From NCBI GenBank assembly GCA_026387835.1, contig JAPLKZ010000005.1, forward strand, positions 249,596 to 281,595: a DNA stretch of 32,000 bases, in the 5' to 3' direction. Below the pieces are notes generated by a model that saw nothing but the letters and a program-made list of their open reading frames with translations, ran no database searches and had not been told where the DNA came from. This DNA comes from Candidatus Saganbacteria bacterium (GTDB taxonomy: Bacteria > Margulisbacteria > WOR-1 > JAKLHX01). This document shows, in pieces, positions 1 to 7,417 of the stretch (the first letter of the stretch is position 1; each line of letters opens with the position of its first letter). Both the position numbers and the translations under genes were made by a program.

Positions 1-163
1 GGTACACACAGAGTGATCCTCCGACGCGTTCATTTTTAAAAATATAATGTACAAGAATCTCTTTTATATCTACGATATTAATATGATTGATATAATGTGA
101 TAATTAAGATAAAGGAACGGTATCGGCTTATTCATTCAAAATCGCCCATAAAAGGCTTAAAAA

Positions 164-1087
164 ATGGTTGATATCAAAAAGATCATTGTTGGTGCAGAAG
201 GACCCTGCAGCTCATGGATGCAGGGCTTTGACCCCAGTGACCGTAAAACCGGAAATACTATGTCTAAACTAATTAAAAAATATAATGACAAACACACGGA
301 CAGTAAGCTAGGGTTATCATTCACCAGAGACAATGCGACTGCCAGGTTCACGATCAGTAATTCGCGTTCAGTCACAAAAGGAACAATGAACGACTTGTTT
401 TCTTGCGAGGATTATTTTTTTTCATATCCAAAGATAGACGAAGAACGCGATCATAACGGAAACCTGCAAGGGTCCCTTGTTTTCAGCAACCCGAATAAAG
501 ATCAGAGAACCGGCAAGAGAATAATAAACGGGCAGGTCACTACAAAACTTATAGAGAGCTCTCCTGATTCGAAGACAGCCAAGGAAATTCCTGTAGGCGC
601 ATGTTTTCTGGCTGAGTATAATAAAGAAACTACCGCTCTCCAGACAAGGTTCCTAGAAACATGCATAGCAGTGACTTTTTACGAACCGGGTACAAAAACC
701 GGGGTCCTCGCGCATTTCGACAGCCAGGAAAAAGCCAAAGAACTAAAAAATGTGATTAATACCCTTAAAAATAAAGGGATCGATCTTTCAAAAGTACAGG
801 TCAGCATCATCGGAGGGGACGGGTCCGATCCATCTAACAGGACATTTATCGAGATCAGCAAGATCCTGGACGATGAAATGGTCCCGATCACCGAGACTAA
901 TATCGGGTTCCACGCCAGCCGGCCGTTCAATATAAATCTTGATCTGTCAAACGGGAAAATAACCAGCTATAAAGAAACGATCCAATATAAAAACGATCCA
1001 TCTTACAATGAGAATTTCTTTAAAAAATTCGGGGATTTCACCGAAAGGAACAATTTGGTGATAATCGATGAACTGCCTGACATTTAG
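164..1087 (+). CDS. Hypothetical protein with a C-terminal CheD-like (glutamine deamidase fold) domain
   Basis: 307-aa ORF. 'TRFLETCIAVTFYEPGTKTGVLAHF' resembles the CheD core 'TLGLGSCVAV...GGMAHF', with Thr at -6 and His at +17 relative to Cys167. Later 'VSIIGGDG...ILDDEMVPITETNIGFHASRPFNINLDLSNGKIT' resembles the CheD C-terminal part. Confidence 0.6.
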   Translation: MVDIKKIIVGAEGPCSSWMQGFDPSDRKTGNTMSKLIKKYNDKHTDSKLGLSFTRDNATARFTISNSRSVTKGTMNDLFSCEDYFFSYPKIDEERDHNGNLQGSLVFSNPNKDQRTGKRIINGQVTTKLIESSPDSKTAKEIPVGACFLAEYNKETTALQTRFLETCIAVTFYEPGTKTGVLAHFDSQEKAKELKNVINTLKNKGIDLSKVQVSIIGGDGSDPSNRTFIEISKILDDEMVPITETNIGFHASRPFNINLDLSNGKITSYKETIQYKNDPSYNENFFKKFGDFTERNNLVIIDELPDI

Positions 1088-1247
1088 GCGCCTGGTCGTA
1101 CTATTAAATATATTTTGACAACCTGAACCCCTTCAATGCCTAAGTAAAACCCTCCAGAACAATATTCACAACAGCTTCTTTGCAGTATATAATGGTAAGC
1201 GGAGGAGTGGCCCCCGATAGGGAATCGGGGCAGGCGAGTGGTTTAAT

Positions 1248-1335
1248 GGAGGGATGGCCGAGTGGTTGATGGCGGCGGTCTCGAAAACCGTTTCCCGATC
1301 TAATCGGGACGCAGGTTCGAATCCTGCTCCCTCCG
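1248..1335 (+). tRNA. tRNA-Ser(CGA)
   Basis: Cloverleaf by eye: acceptor GGAGGGA/TCCCTCC, anticodon loop CTCGAAA, long variable arm (TCCCGATCTAATCGGGA), T arm GCAGGTTCGAATCCTGC. Confidence 0.95.
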
Positions 1336-1356
1336 ATTTTTTATGGGAGGTCATTT

Positions 1357-1839
1357 ATGAAAGTATTGGTAGCCTATTATTCGAGGGATGGTGCGACAAG
1401 GAAAGCGGCGGAAAGCATCGCGGGCATATTGAAATGCGATATCGAGGAGATAATCGACACCAGGAACAGGAAGGGCCTGTGGGGTTTCATGACCGGCGGT
1501 TTTGACGCGCAGTTCAAAAAACTGACAGTCATACAAGAGATGAAAAAAGATGCTTCGGCTTATGACCTGGTCGTGATCGGGACACCTATATGGTCTTCGA
1601 AAATGGTCCCGGCAATAAGGACGTATATCATCCAGAACGTAAAAAAAATGAAAAACATAGCAATATTCTGCTGCTTCGGAGGATACGGAGATAAAAAAAC
1701 TTTCAATGATATAGAAACACTGTGCGAGAAACGCGCGGCGTCAAAAGCATCGTTCAAGAGAAATGAAGTGAAGACCGGCGAGTTCATCCAGAAGGCAAAA
1801 GAATTTGCGGGCGAGATACAGAACAGGGAGGCGATCTAA
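1357..1839 (+). CDS. Flavodoxin family protein
   Basis: 'MKVLVAYYSRDGATRKAAESIA' FMN-binding P-loop; 'DLVVIGTPIWSSKMVPAIRTYI' and 'CCFGGYGDKKTFNDIE' flavodoxin signatures. Confidence 0.85.
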   Translation: MKVLVAYYSRDGATRKAAESIAGILKCDIEEIIDTRNRKGLWGFMTGGFDAQFKKLTVIQEMKKDASAYDLVVIGTPIWSSKMVPAIRTYIIQNVKKMKNIAIFCCFGGYGDKKTFNDIETLCEKRAASKASFKRNEVKTGEFIQKAKEFAGEIQNREAI

Positions 1840-2010
1840 ATGAACAAGTTCACGATGATGAAGGCCGGCGGTCTTTTAACACTGGTATTGCTCGCATGCA
1901 CGGCAATTATAGGATATCTCCATCTTGGAATTAAGCTGCATGTGATCTTTGCTATGCTGACACTGGTAGCTGCTTTATCGCACGTGTTTATTGTTATAAA
2001 GAAGGCTTGA
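1840..2010 (+). CDS. Small two-helix membrane protein
   Basis: 56-codon ORF overlapping the flavodoxin stop (TAAATG): MNKFTMMKAGGLLTLVLLACTAIIGYLHLGIKLHVIFAMLTLVAALSHVFIVIKKA; below the ORF track length cutoff. Confidence 0.55.
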   Translation: MNKFTMMKAGGLLTLVLLACTAIIGYLHLGIKLHVIFAMLTLVAALSHVFIVIKKA

Positions 2011-2078
2011 GTTTGAGTGTGAGTTTTGAGTGTTGAGTTTTTTACTCAAGACTAATTACTCAAACTTAGTACTTAAAT

Positions 2079-2165
2079 GGAGGGGTGGCCGAGTGGTTGA
2101 AGGCGCTCGCCTGGAAAGCGTGTTTACGTGAAAGCGTAACGTGGGTTCGAATCCCACCTCCTCCG
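2079..2165 (+). tRNA. tRNA-Ser(GGA)
   Basis: Acceptor GGAGGGG/CTCCTCC, anticodon loop CTGGAAA, long variable arm TTTACGTGAAAGCGTAA, T arm GTGGGTTCGAATCCCAC. Confidence 0.95.
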
Positions 2166-3602
2166 ATGATTGAGATATTGAGCGTTTTTAAAAAGCGGCC
2201 GCCAGCCGATCCTAGAATCAAATTGTAATTTTTTGCCTTTCAAAATAAAGTTCGAGCCGATATTTTTTAGGAATGTAAGGATTTCTTCATAATTATTTGT
2301 GGCGATAAGATTTTTGGCTTGGCATCCGGATAAAATAATCTCTTTCATCGGTTCGAGCCAATTATTTCCCTTTTGTTCAAAATCCTTTATCTTTTGTTGT
2401 ATGTCCAGCTTTTCGTTTAATAGGGCATTCTTTTTTACCTGATATGTTTCCGGGTCTATGCCTTCCCCCTCTATGAACAGATCAAGCAGTTTATCCATTT
2501 TTACTGCAATATCAGATTTCTTTTGTTGCAGATTTTGAACAAAAGATTTTGTTTCTGCTTGAGCAAGCTCTTTTTCGTTATTGAGGTCTATCAGCATTTT
2601 CTTCACCCAGTCATCAGGGATTATCGTTTTGCTGATAGCATCTTTCATCTGATCGATTATGGATTCCTGGCGCGTATATTTCTCATCACACTTTTGCTTT
2701 TTCTTAGTGCAGCGATAATAGATATGGCCTTTTTGCTTTTCGGCGGTTATCATACAACCACAATTGCCGCATCGCATCAGTCCAGAAAAAGCAAATTCAT
2801 GTTTTCGTTTGCGCTTTTTCTTGCCTCTATTGGCCATTACTTGTTGAGCTTGCTCATATAGAGATTTGGAAATAATTGGCTCGTGAGTTCCTTCGTGCAT
2901 TTCTCCGTTATATCGGAATACTCCATAATAAAAAGGACTTTTTAACATGTGCTGGACACGGGCAGGAACGAGGATATATCCACGATAGCTTTTCATCCCG
3001 GCTCTTTCAAGGAATTGCTTTATTGAAAGCAATGTATAGTCACCGGTTGCATACAGCTCAAATGCCTTTCGTATTAGCGGAGCTTTTTCAGTATCAACTT
3101 CAATTCCTTTTGTCTTGTAATTGTTTAGATACCCCAATGGAGCAAATGCAGGCCAAATACCGTTACGCACTTTCTGCCGATGTCCTCGTTTTACATTCTC
3201 GCTTAGATTATCTATGTAATACTTGCTTTGGCCAAAGGCGATATTTAACATGAATTTTCCTTGAGGTGTAGAATCAAACCAGAAGGTCGGGAACTTGAGA
3301 TCTTTCAGCCTGCCCGTGTCCAGCAAGTAAATAATTTTGCCTCCATCTATTGAATTGCGTGCTAATCTGTCCGGATGCCAAGCCAAAACGCCACAAGCTT
3401 CACCTTTTTCAATCCGATCAAGCATTTCATTGAATATTTCTCTGCCGGGTTCTTTGGCAGTTTTTGCCTCGCAGAGCGAGGCGACGATTTCAAGTTTTTC
3501 TTTGGCGGCAAATTCTTTTAGCTCAACCAATTGTGCCTCAATGGATAATATCTGTCTTTCTTCCGAATCAGTTGATTTCCGGGCATAAAGGAAATACTTC
3601 AT
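2124..3602 (-). CDS. Large serine recombinase (resolvase/integrase family)
   Basis: N-terminal 'MKYFLYARKSTDSEERQILSIEAQLVEL' catalytic domain with 'LAWHPDRLARN'; recombinase domain 'GFAPLGYLNN'; zinc ribbon 'LMRCGNCGCMITAEKQKGHIYYRCTKKKQ'. The last codons read antisense through tRNA-Ser ('RRRWDSNPR'). Confidence 0.92.
   Translation of the reverse strand: MKYFLYARKSTDSEERQILSIEAQLVELKEFAAKEKLEIVASLCEAKTAKEPGREIFNEMLDRIEKGEACGVLAWHPDRLARNSIDGGKIIYLLDTGRLKDLKFPTFWFDSTPQGKFMLNIAFGQSKYYIDNLSENVKRGHRQKVRNGIWPAFAPLGYLNNYKTKGIEVDTEKAPLIRKAFELYATGDYTLLSIKQFLERAGMKSYRGYILVPARVQHMLKSPFYYGVFRYNGEMHEGTHEPIISKSLYEQAQQVMANRGKKKRKRKHEFAFSGLMRCGNCGCMITAEKQKGHIYYRCTKKKQKCDEKYTRQESIIDQMKDAISKTIIPDDWVKKMLIDLNNEKELAQAETKSFVQNLQQKKSDIAVKMDKLLDLFIEGEGIDPETYQVKKNALLNEKLDIQQKIKDFEQKGNNWLEPMKEIILSGCQAKNLIATNNYEEILTFLKNIGSNFILKGKKLQFDSRIGWRPLFKNAQYLNHRRRWDSNPRYAFT
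2164..2239 (+). repeat. Inverted repeat A, left arm (starts in the last 2 nt of tRNA-Ser)
   Basis: cgatgattgagatattgagcgtttttaaaaagcggccgccagccgatcc...aaattgtaattttttgcctt. The reverse complement matches 3693-3761 apart from a 6-nt divergent block and a 7-nt indel. Confidence 0.9.
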
Positions 3603-3633
3603 AATCCCTCCTCCTTTCAATATAGATATCGGT

Positions 3634-3654
3634 CAAAAAGCCCGCTTTTGGCCA
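3634..3654 (+). repeat. 21-bp inverted repeat C, left arm
   Basis: caaaaagcccgcttttggcca; perfect reverse complement at 3915-3935. Confidence 0.9.
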
Positions 3655-3692
3655 GCTTCATTTGGAGTATTTATTGCTCCAAATGGAGCTGT

Positions 3693-3761
3693 AAGGCAAA
3701 AAATTCCAATTTGGATCGGCTGGCGGCCGCTTTTTAAAAACGGCGGAAATCTCAATCATCG
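3693..3761 (-). repeat. Inverted repeat A, right arm
   Basis: Reverse complement reads cgatgattgagatttccgccgtttttaaaaagcggccgccagccgatccaaattggaattttttgcctt. Confidence 0.9.
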
Positions 3762-3870
3762 GGAACTATATAAAAATATCAGAACCGAGATGACCGCCGA
3801 TCCTTAGGGCGGCGGTTGCCGCCGTCCAACCGCCGCCCCGTTCCCGCTGCTGGGCGACCTTTTCGGATTG
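3759..3870 (+). repeat. 112-bp inverted repeat B, left arm
   Basis: tcgggaactatataaaaatatcagaaccgag...gggcgaccttttcggattg; 110/112 identical by eye to the reverse complement of 8433-8544. Confidence 0.95.
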
Positions 3871-3914
3871 AAAAACTGCCAAAGAACCCAAAAATATCGG
3901 CTCAAACTTTATTT

Positions 3915-3935
3915 TGGCCAAAAGCGGGCTTTTTG
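3915..3935 (-). repeat. 21-bp inverted repeat C, right arm
   Basis: tggccaaaagcgggctttttg, perfect reverse complement of 3634-3654. Confidence 0.9.
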
Positions 3936-3973
3936 AATTCCGGATTGTCCCCGACCACCCACCCCTGAATAAA

Positions 3974-4035
3974 TTGATAAATAACGCAATTATTGTTAGT
4001 ATTATATTGAAAGGTAGCATATCAATAATATGCTA
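3974..4035 (+). promoter_or_regulatory. Candidate promoter plus operator for the XRE-led operon
   Basis: TTGATA at 3974, 17-nt spacer, TAGTAT at 3997; perfect 8-bp palindrome TAGCATAT-caata-ATATGCTA at 4015-4035, just upstream of the XRE ATG. Confidence 0.5.
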
Positions 4036-4051
4036 TCAATTAAATGATATA

Positions 4052-4258
4052 ATGTCAATAAATAATAATATAGGAAAGAATATCAAACGTTTACGCACAA
4101 AATTAGGCTTCTCGCAAGAGACCTTGGCTGTAAAATCAGATGTAAAATACACGACTCTTACTAAGATTGAGAGTAATGTTATAAAGAAACCCTCAGTATT
4201 GCTAATGGCAAAAATCGCAAATATATTAAATGTTCAAATTGAGGAGCTAATAAAATAA
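4052..4258 (+). CDS. XRE-family helix-turn-helix regulator
   Basis: 'IGKNIKRLRTKLGFSQETLAVKSDVKYTTLTKIESNVIKKPSVLLMAKIANILNVQIEELIK' is a Cro/C1-type HTH; start chosen inside ORF 3914..4258. Confidence 0.9.
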   Translation: MSINNNIGKNIKRLRTKLGFSQETLAVKSDVKYTTLTKIESNVIKKPSVLLMAKIANILNVQIEELIK

Positions 4259-4262
4259 CCAT

Positions 4263-4958
4263 ATGAAATATGAATTGGAAATTTATAATAGAAATGTGCC
4301 TGATGAGCATCTTCTTGATGATTTAAAAGCAGTTGCTAAGAAATTAGGCAGGTCTTCTGTGACTCATGAGGAATATAATAAAAATGGGAAGTATAATAGT
4401 ACAACTTATATGCGAAGATTTGGTGGTTGGTTTAAATCGTTAGAAATGGCAGGGCTCCAAAAAACAAGAACGCCAGCTAATGTTTCCGAAGATGACTTGT
4501 TTAACAATATTGAAGAGATTTGGATAAAACTCGGCAGACAACCACGATATCAAGAAGTTAGAACCCCATTATCAAAATATTGTGCAGGAACATACGAAAA
4601 CAGATTTGGAACATGGCGGAAGGCACTAGAAGCTTTCATAGATTATATTAATAAGGATCAAGATAAATGTTCAAATGAAATATCTCAAAAAGAGATAAAA
4701 TCCGGAGAGACTTCTAAATCTAATAAACACATAAAGATGACAAAAAGAGAAATATCGGATAGATTGCGTTTCCGGATATTATTAAGAGATGGTTTTACGT
4801 GCAGAAAATGTGGCCGCAGTCCGCTGAAGAATCCAGGAATCGAATTGCATGTTGATCATATCCTTCCTTGGTCCAAAGGTGGCGAGACAACGATTGAGAA
4901 TCTCGAGACGAAATGCGAAAAATGCAATCTGGGTAAAGGGAATGCATTTGATGTTTGA
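4263..4958 (+). CDS. HNH endonuclease with two homing-endonuclease-associated (HNHR-type) repeats
   Basis: C-terminal 'CRKCGRSPLKNPGIELHVDHILPWSKGGETTIENLETKCEKCNLGKGN' HNH core; N-terminal repeats '..AKKLGRSSVTHEEYNK...YMRRFGGWFKSLEMAG' and '..WIKLGRQPRYQEVRTP...YENRFGTWRKALEAF'. Confidence 0.88.
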   Translation: MKYELEIYNRNVPDEHLLDDLKAVAKKLGRSSVTHEEYNKNGKYNSTTYMRRFGGWFKSLEMAGLQKTRTPANVSEDDLFNNIEEIWIKLGRQPRYQEVRTPLSKYCAGTYENRFGTWRKALEAFIDYINKDQDKCSNEISQKEIKSGETSKSNKHIKMTKREISDRLRFRILLRDGFTCRKCGRSPLKNPGIELHVDHILPWSKGGETTIENLETKCEKCNLGKGNAFDV

Positions 4959-5012
4959 TTCTTATATAGAAATGGGTAATGTCTTAGAGCAGTTAATAAG
5001 GATTGTAATAAC

Positions 5013-5924
5013 ATGGCAAATATAACATGCAAAGCGAATAATCTAAGCGGGAAAAGATGCAAAAGGAATCCTCTGAAATCTGGGTTTTGTCCAACTCATG
5101 ACCCGGAAATATTAAATAAAAAAGAAGAACAGAAGAAGGCTGATGAAAAAAAGCGACAAAAAATAGATGAATTATTATCTATTGTCACAAAAACATGTAA
5201 GGCAAATGGTTGGGGCTGGGAAGTTGATGCATTTGATGATAATGATTTTTCTTCAGCCATTGTTAATGTTCATAAATATGTTTCAGGTCAAGACATTTCA
5301 GCATTGTTTCACATTAATATATCAAAAGACAATATTCAGTATAGGATTGAGAAAACATCATTTTACGGATACGGCGTTGAGGCATTAATGAGTTCAATAT
5401 CAAGTGCATTTGAAAGAAAAGGATTTGTTAGTCCAAAATCACTAGGAGGTGAACCAAATAAAAAGAATTCCTTATTAGATGTTTTGCCGATAATATTTGA
5501 ACGATTTCATGTTGTGGCAACGCAGCTGTCAAATCGTTATAATAAGAGACCTACATTGACAATTTCTGATGAATATGACGTACAGGATCTTTTACATGCT
5601 CTCCTTCGAGTTCATTTTACCGATGTTAGGCCAGAGGAGTATACTCCCAGTTATGCGGGATCATCTTCAAGAATAGATTTCCTTCTCAAAGATGAGAAGA
5701 CGCTTCTTGAGGTTAAATATGCAACAACTTCCTTAAAGGACAAAGCGATTGGAGAACAGTTAATAATAGATGTTGAGAAGTATAAAAGACACACCGATTG
5801 TGAAAACTTGTTTTGTTTCATATATAATCCAGGTTTTTCTATTAAGAATCCAAGCGGGCTAGAAAAAGATTTGTCAGGAAAAAATGGTAATATTAATGTT
5901 AAAGTATTCGTTTACCCAAAATAA
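5013..5924 (+). CDS. DpnII/MboI-type PD-(D/E)XK nuclease domain protein with N-terminal Cys/His finger
   Basis: 'YDVQDLLHALLRVHFTDVRPEEYTPSYAGSSSRIDFLLKDEKTLLEVKYATTSLKDKAIGEQLIIDVEKYKRHTDCENLFCFIYNP' with D..EVK; N-terminal 'CKANNLSGKRCKRNPLKSGFCPTHDP'. Confidence 0.8.
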   Translation: MANITCKANNLSGKRCKRNPLKSGFCPTHDPEILNKKEEQKKADEKKRQKIDELLSIVTKTCKANGWGWEVDAFDDNDFSSAIVNVHKYVSGQDISALFHINISKDNIQYRIEKTSFYGYGVEALMSSISSAFERKGFVSPKSLGGEPNKKNSLLDVLPIIFERFHVVATQLSNRYNKRPTLTISDEYDVQDLLHALLRVHFTDVRPEEYTPSYAGSSSRIDFLLKDEKTLLEVKYATTSLKDKAIGEQLIIDVEKYKRHTDCENLFCFIYNPGFSIKNPSGLEKDLSGKNGNINVKVFVYPK

Positions 5925-5990
5925 AATAGAAACTAAAAGAATTTGCCGCCAAAGCTCTTGGCGTTTCAATAGAGGAGTTAATGAAATAGC

Positions 5991-6821
5991 ATGAAAAATA
6001 AAACACTCGCAATTTTCGGTATAGGAACGTATATCTTATCTGTCTTGTTGTCTGCTACAGATTCGGGAGGCAATTCTGTTGCGCCAATTACATTAATCTC
6101 AATATCGGGAATAGCAACCGCGGTATTTATCATTATGGCGATAGTCCGCCTCTGGAAGGAAGAAAAAGGCGCATCAATAACACTTGCATCTTCGGCTATT
6201 ATTCTTTTTATATTGTCAGTAGTTCAGGGTTTTGCCTCACCTTCGTACGGAAGTCCACTCATCATTATGTTAAACATAACCAAAGTATTTTATTTCATCG
6301 CATTTATTTGGACGATAATAGTACTTTATAGAAGTAAAGTAATTAATTCGCACATGATTACCAAAATAGATAATTATCACTTAAACCAACCCGTAAATGA
6401 AGCGCCGGATTTGAAGGAATACACAGCCGAAGAATATCAAATGTTTGAGATGGCTGGATATAAAAGGATATCTGAAAATGAAAAAATCTTTAGAGGCGGA
6501 ATTGTTAAATTCGCTTATATTCCGTGGGGCGAAACAACTATCGGAACTATAGATAATAAAATCTACAAAATATCGTTACAATTAATCACCCAAAACGAGA
6601 TCTTAGCAAAAGAAGTGTTTAAAACCACCCTCAATTACTTAATAGAACAAATGGACAAATATAGTGAACATCCATTTCTATCTAATAAATATATTTGGGA
6701 TGCACCTGAGGGGAATATCATTTATGAGCAAATAAATAGATTTAATCAGCATTGCATAAACATTTTTATTACTTCAAGCTCTATAAGAGATCAAGTGAAG
6801 AATTATATTTCAAAACACTAG
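5991..6821 (+). CDS. Hypothetical protein: N-terminal transmembrane region plus soluble C-terminal domain
   Basis: Several hydrophobic segments in the first ~115 aa, then ~160 aa soluble; no family recognised. Confidence 0.75.
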   Translation: MKNKTLAIFGIGTYILSVLLSATDSGGNSVAPITLISISGIATAVFIIMAIVRLWKEEKGASITLASSAIILFILSVVQGFASPSYGSPLIIMLNITKVFYFIAFIWTIIVLYRSKVINSHMITKIDNYHLNQPVNEAPDLKEYTAEEYQMFEMAGYKRISENEKIFRGGIVKFAYIPWGETTIGTIDNKIYKISLQLITQNEILAKEVFKTTLNYLIEQMDKYSEHPFLSNKYIWDAPEGNIIYEQINRFNQHCINIFITSSSIRDQVKNYISKH

Positions 6822-6832
6822 GGGGAAAATAT

Positions 6833-7360
6833 ATGATTATTAAAGTTATTGTTGAAATCATTTTAGGATTTATTTTGTTGGGAGTTAGTTCTGCTTTTTG
6901 GAATTGTGTTAAATCTCCGAAATTCTTAGCGAATGTGCTGGGTGATTATGACGAATTAAAAAGGTTTTTCCATCATCTAGGGAAAGAAAATATTAAACAC
7001 GAAAGTGAAGTTGTTGATCCGAAAATTGGATTTTCGGCAAATATCGTTTTATGGATTAAAGCGAGCCTATCGGCGCTGGACAAAACACGCAACATGTTGC
7101 TGGTTGTAATAATAGGAATCTTTATCGGAAGTTATTTTCTAGGAAATATTTTCCTCTTAATCAATGCTGTTTTATTCTTTATAATGGCTTTCCCAAGCAT
7201 TTCTGCTGCTGCTAAAAATAATATAATTACTGATATTCATACGATAATGCTTAATGTCTACAAATGGAACAAAGTAAATCATGCTGAATGTGAGAGGTTT
7301 TGTAACTTAGAGCAGCCAAGGATTATGAAAAATATTTATAGAGTAGTAACTGAAGAATAA
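6833..7360 (+). CDS. Hypothetical membrane protein
   Basis: Start at MIIKVIVEIILG after a gggggaaaa ribosome-binding-like stretch; hydrophobic segments 'VIVEIILGFILLGVSSAFW' and 'LLVVIIGIFIGSYFLGNIFLLINAVLFFIMAF'. Confidence 0.7.
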   Translation: MIIKVIVEIILGFILLGVSSAFWNCVKSPKFLANVLGDYDELKRFFHHLGKENIKHESEVVDPKIGFSANIVLWIKASLSALDKTRNMLLVVIIGIFIGSYFLGNIFLLINAVLFFIMAFPSISAAAKNNIITDIHTIMLNVYKWNKVNHAECERFCNLEQPRIMKNIYRVVTEE

Positions 7361-7417
7361 AAGGATTTGCCGCCAAAGCGTAGGGCGTTTCAATTGGAGA
7401 TTTAATAAAATAAATTT

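Noticed and set aside
1166-1505. ORFs 1166..1354 (-) and 1254..1505 (+)
   Set aside because: They lie across tRNA-Ser(CGA); the 'EGAGFEPASR' and 'SRDAGSNPAPS' strings are translated tRNA sequence.
3766-4020. Minus-strand ORF spanning arm B
   Set aside because: It is mostly inverted-repeat and remnant sequence, with no recognisable domain or good start region.
4970-5003. Possible additional XRE-tail scar (MGNVLEQLIR) before the DpnII-like gene
   Set aside because: Similarity to 'NVQIEELIK' is too short and weak to claim, unlike the two clear scars at ~5930-5989 and 7360-7413.
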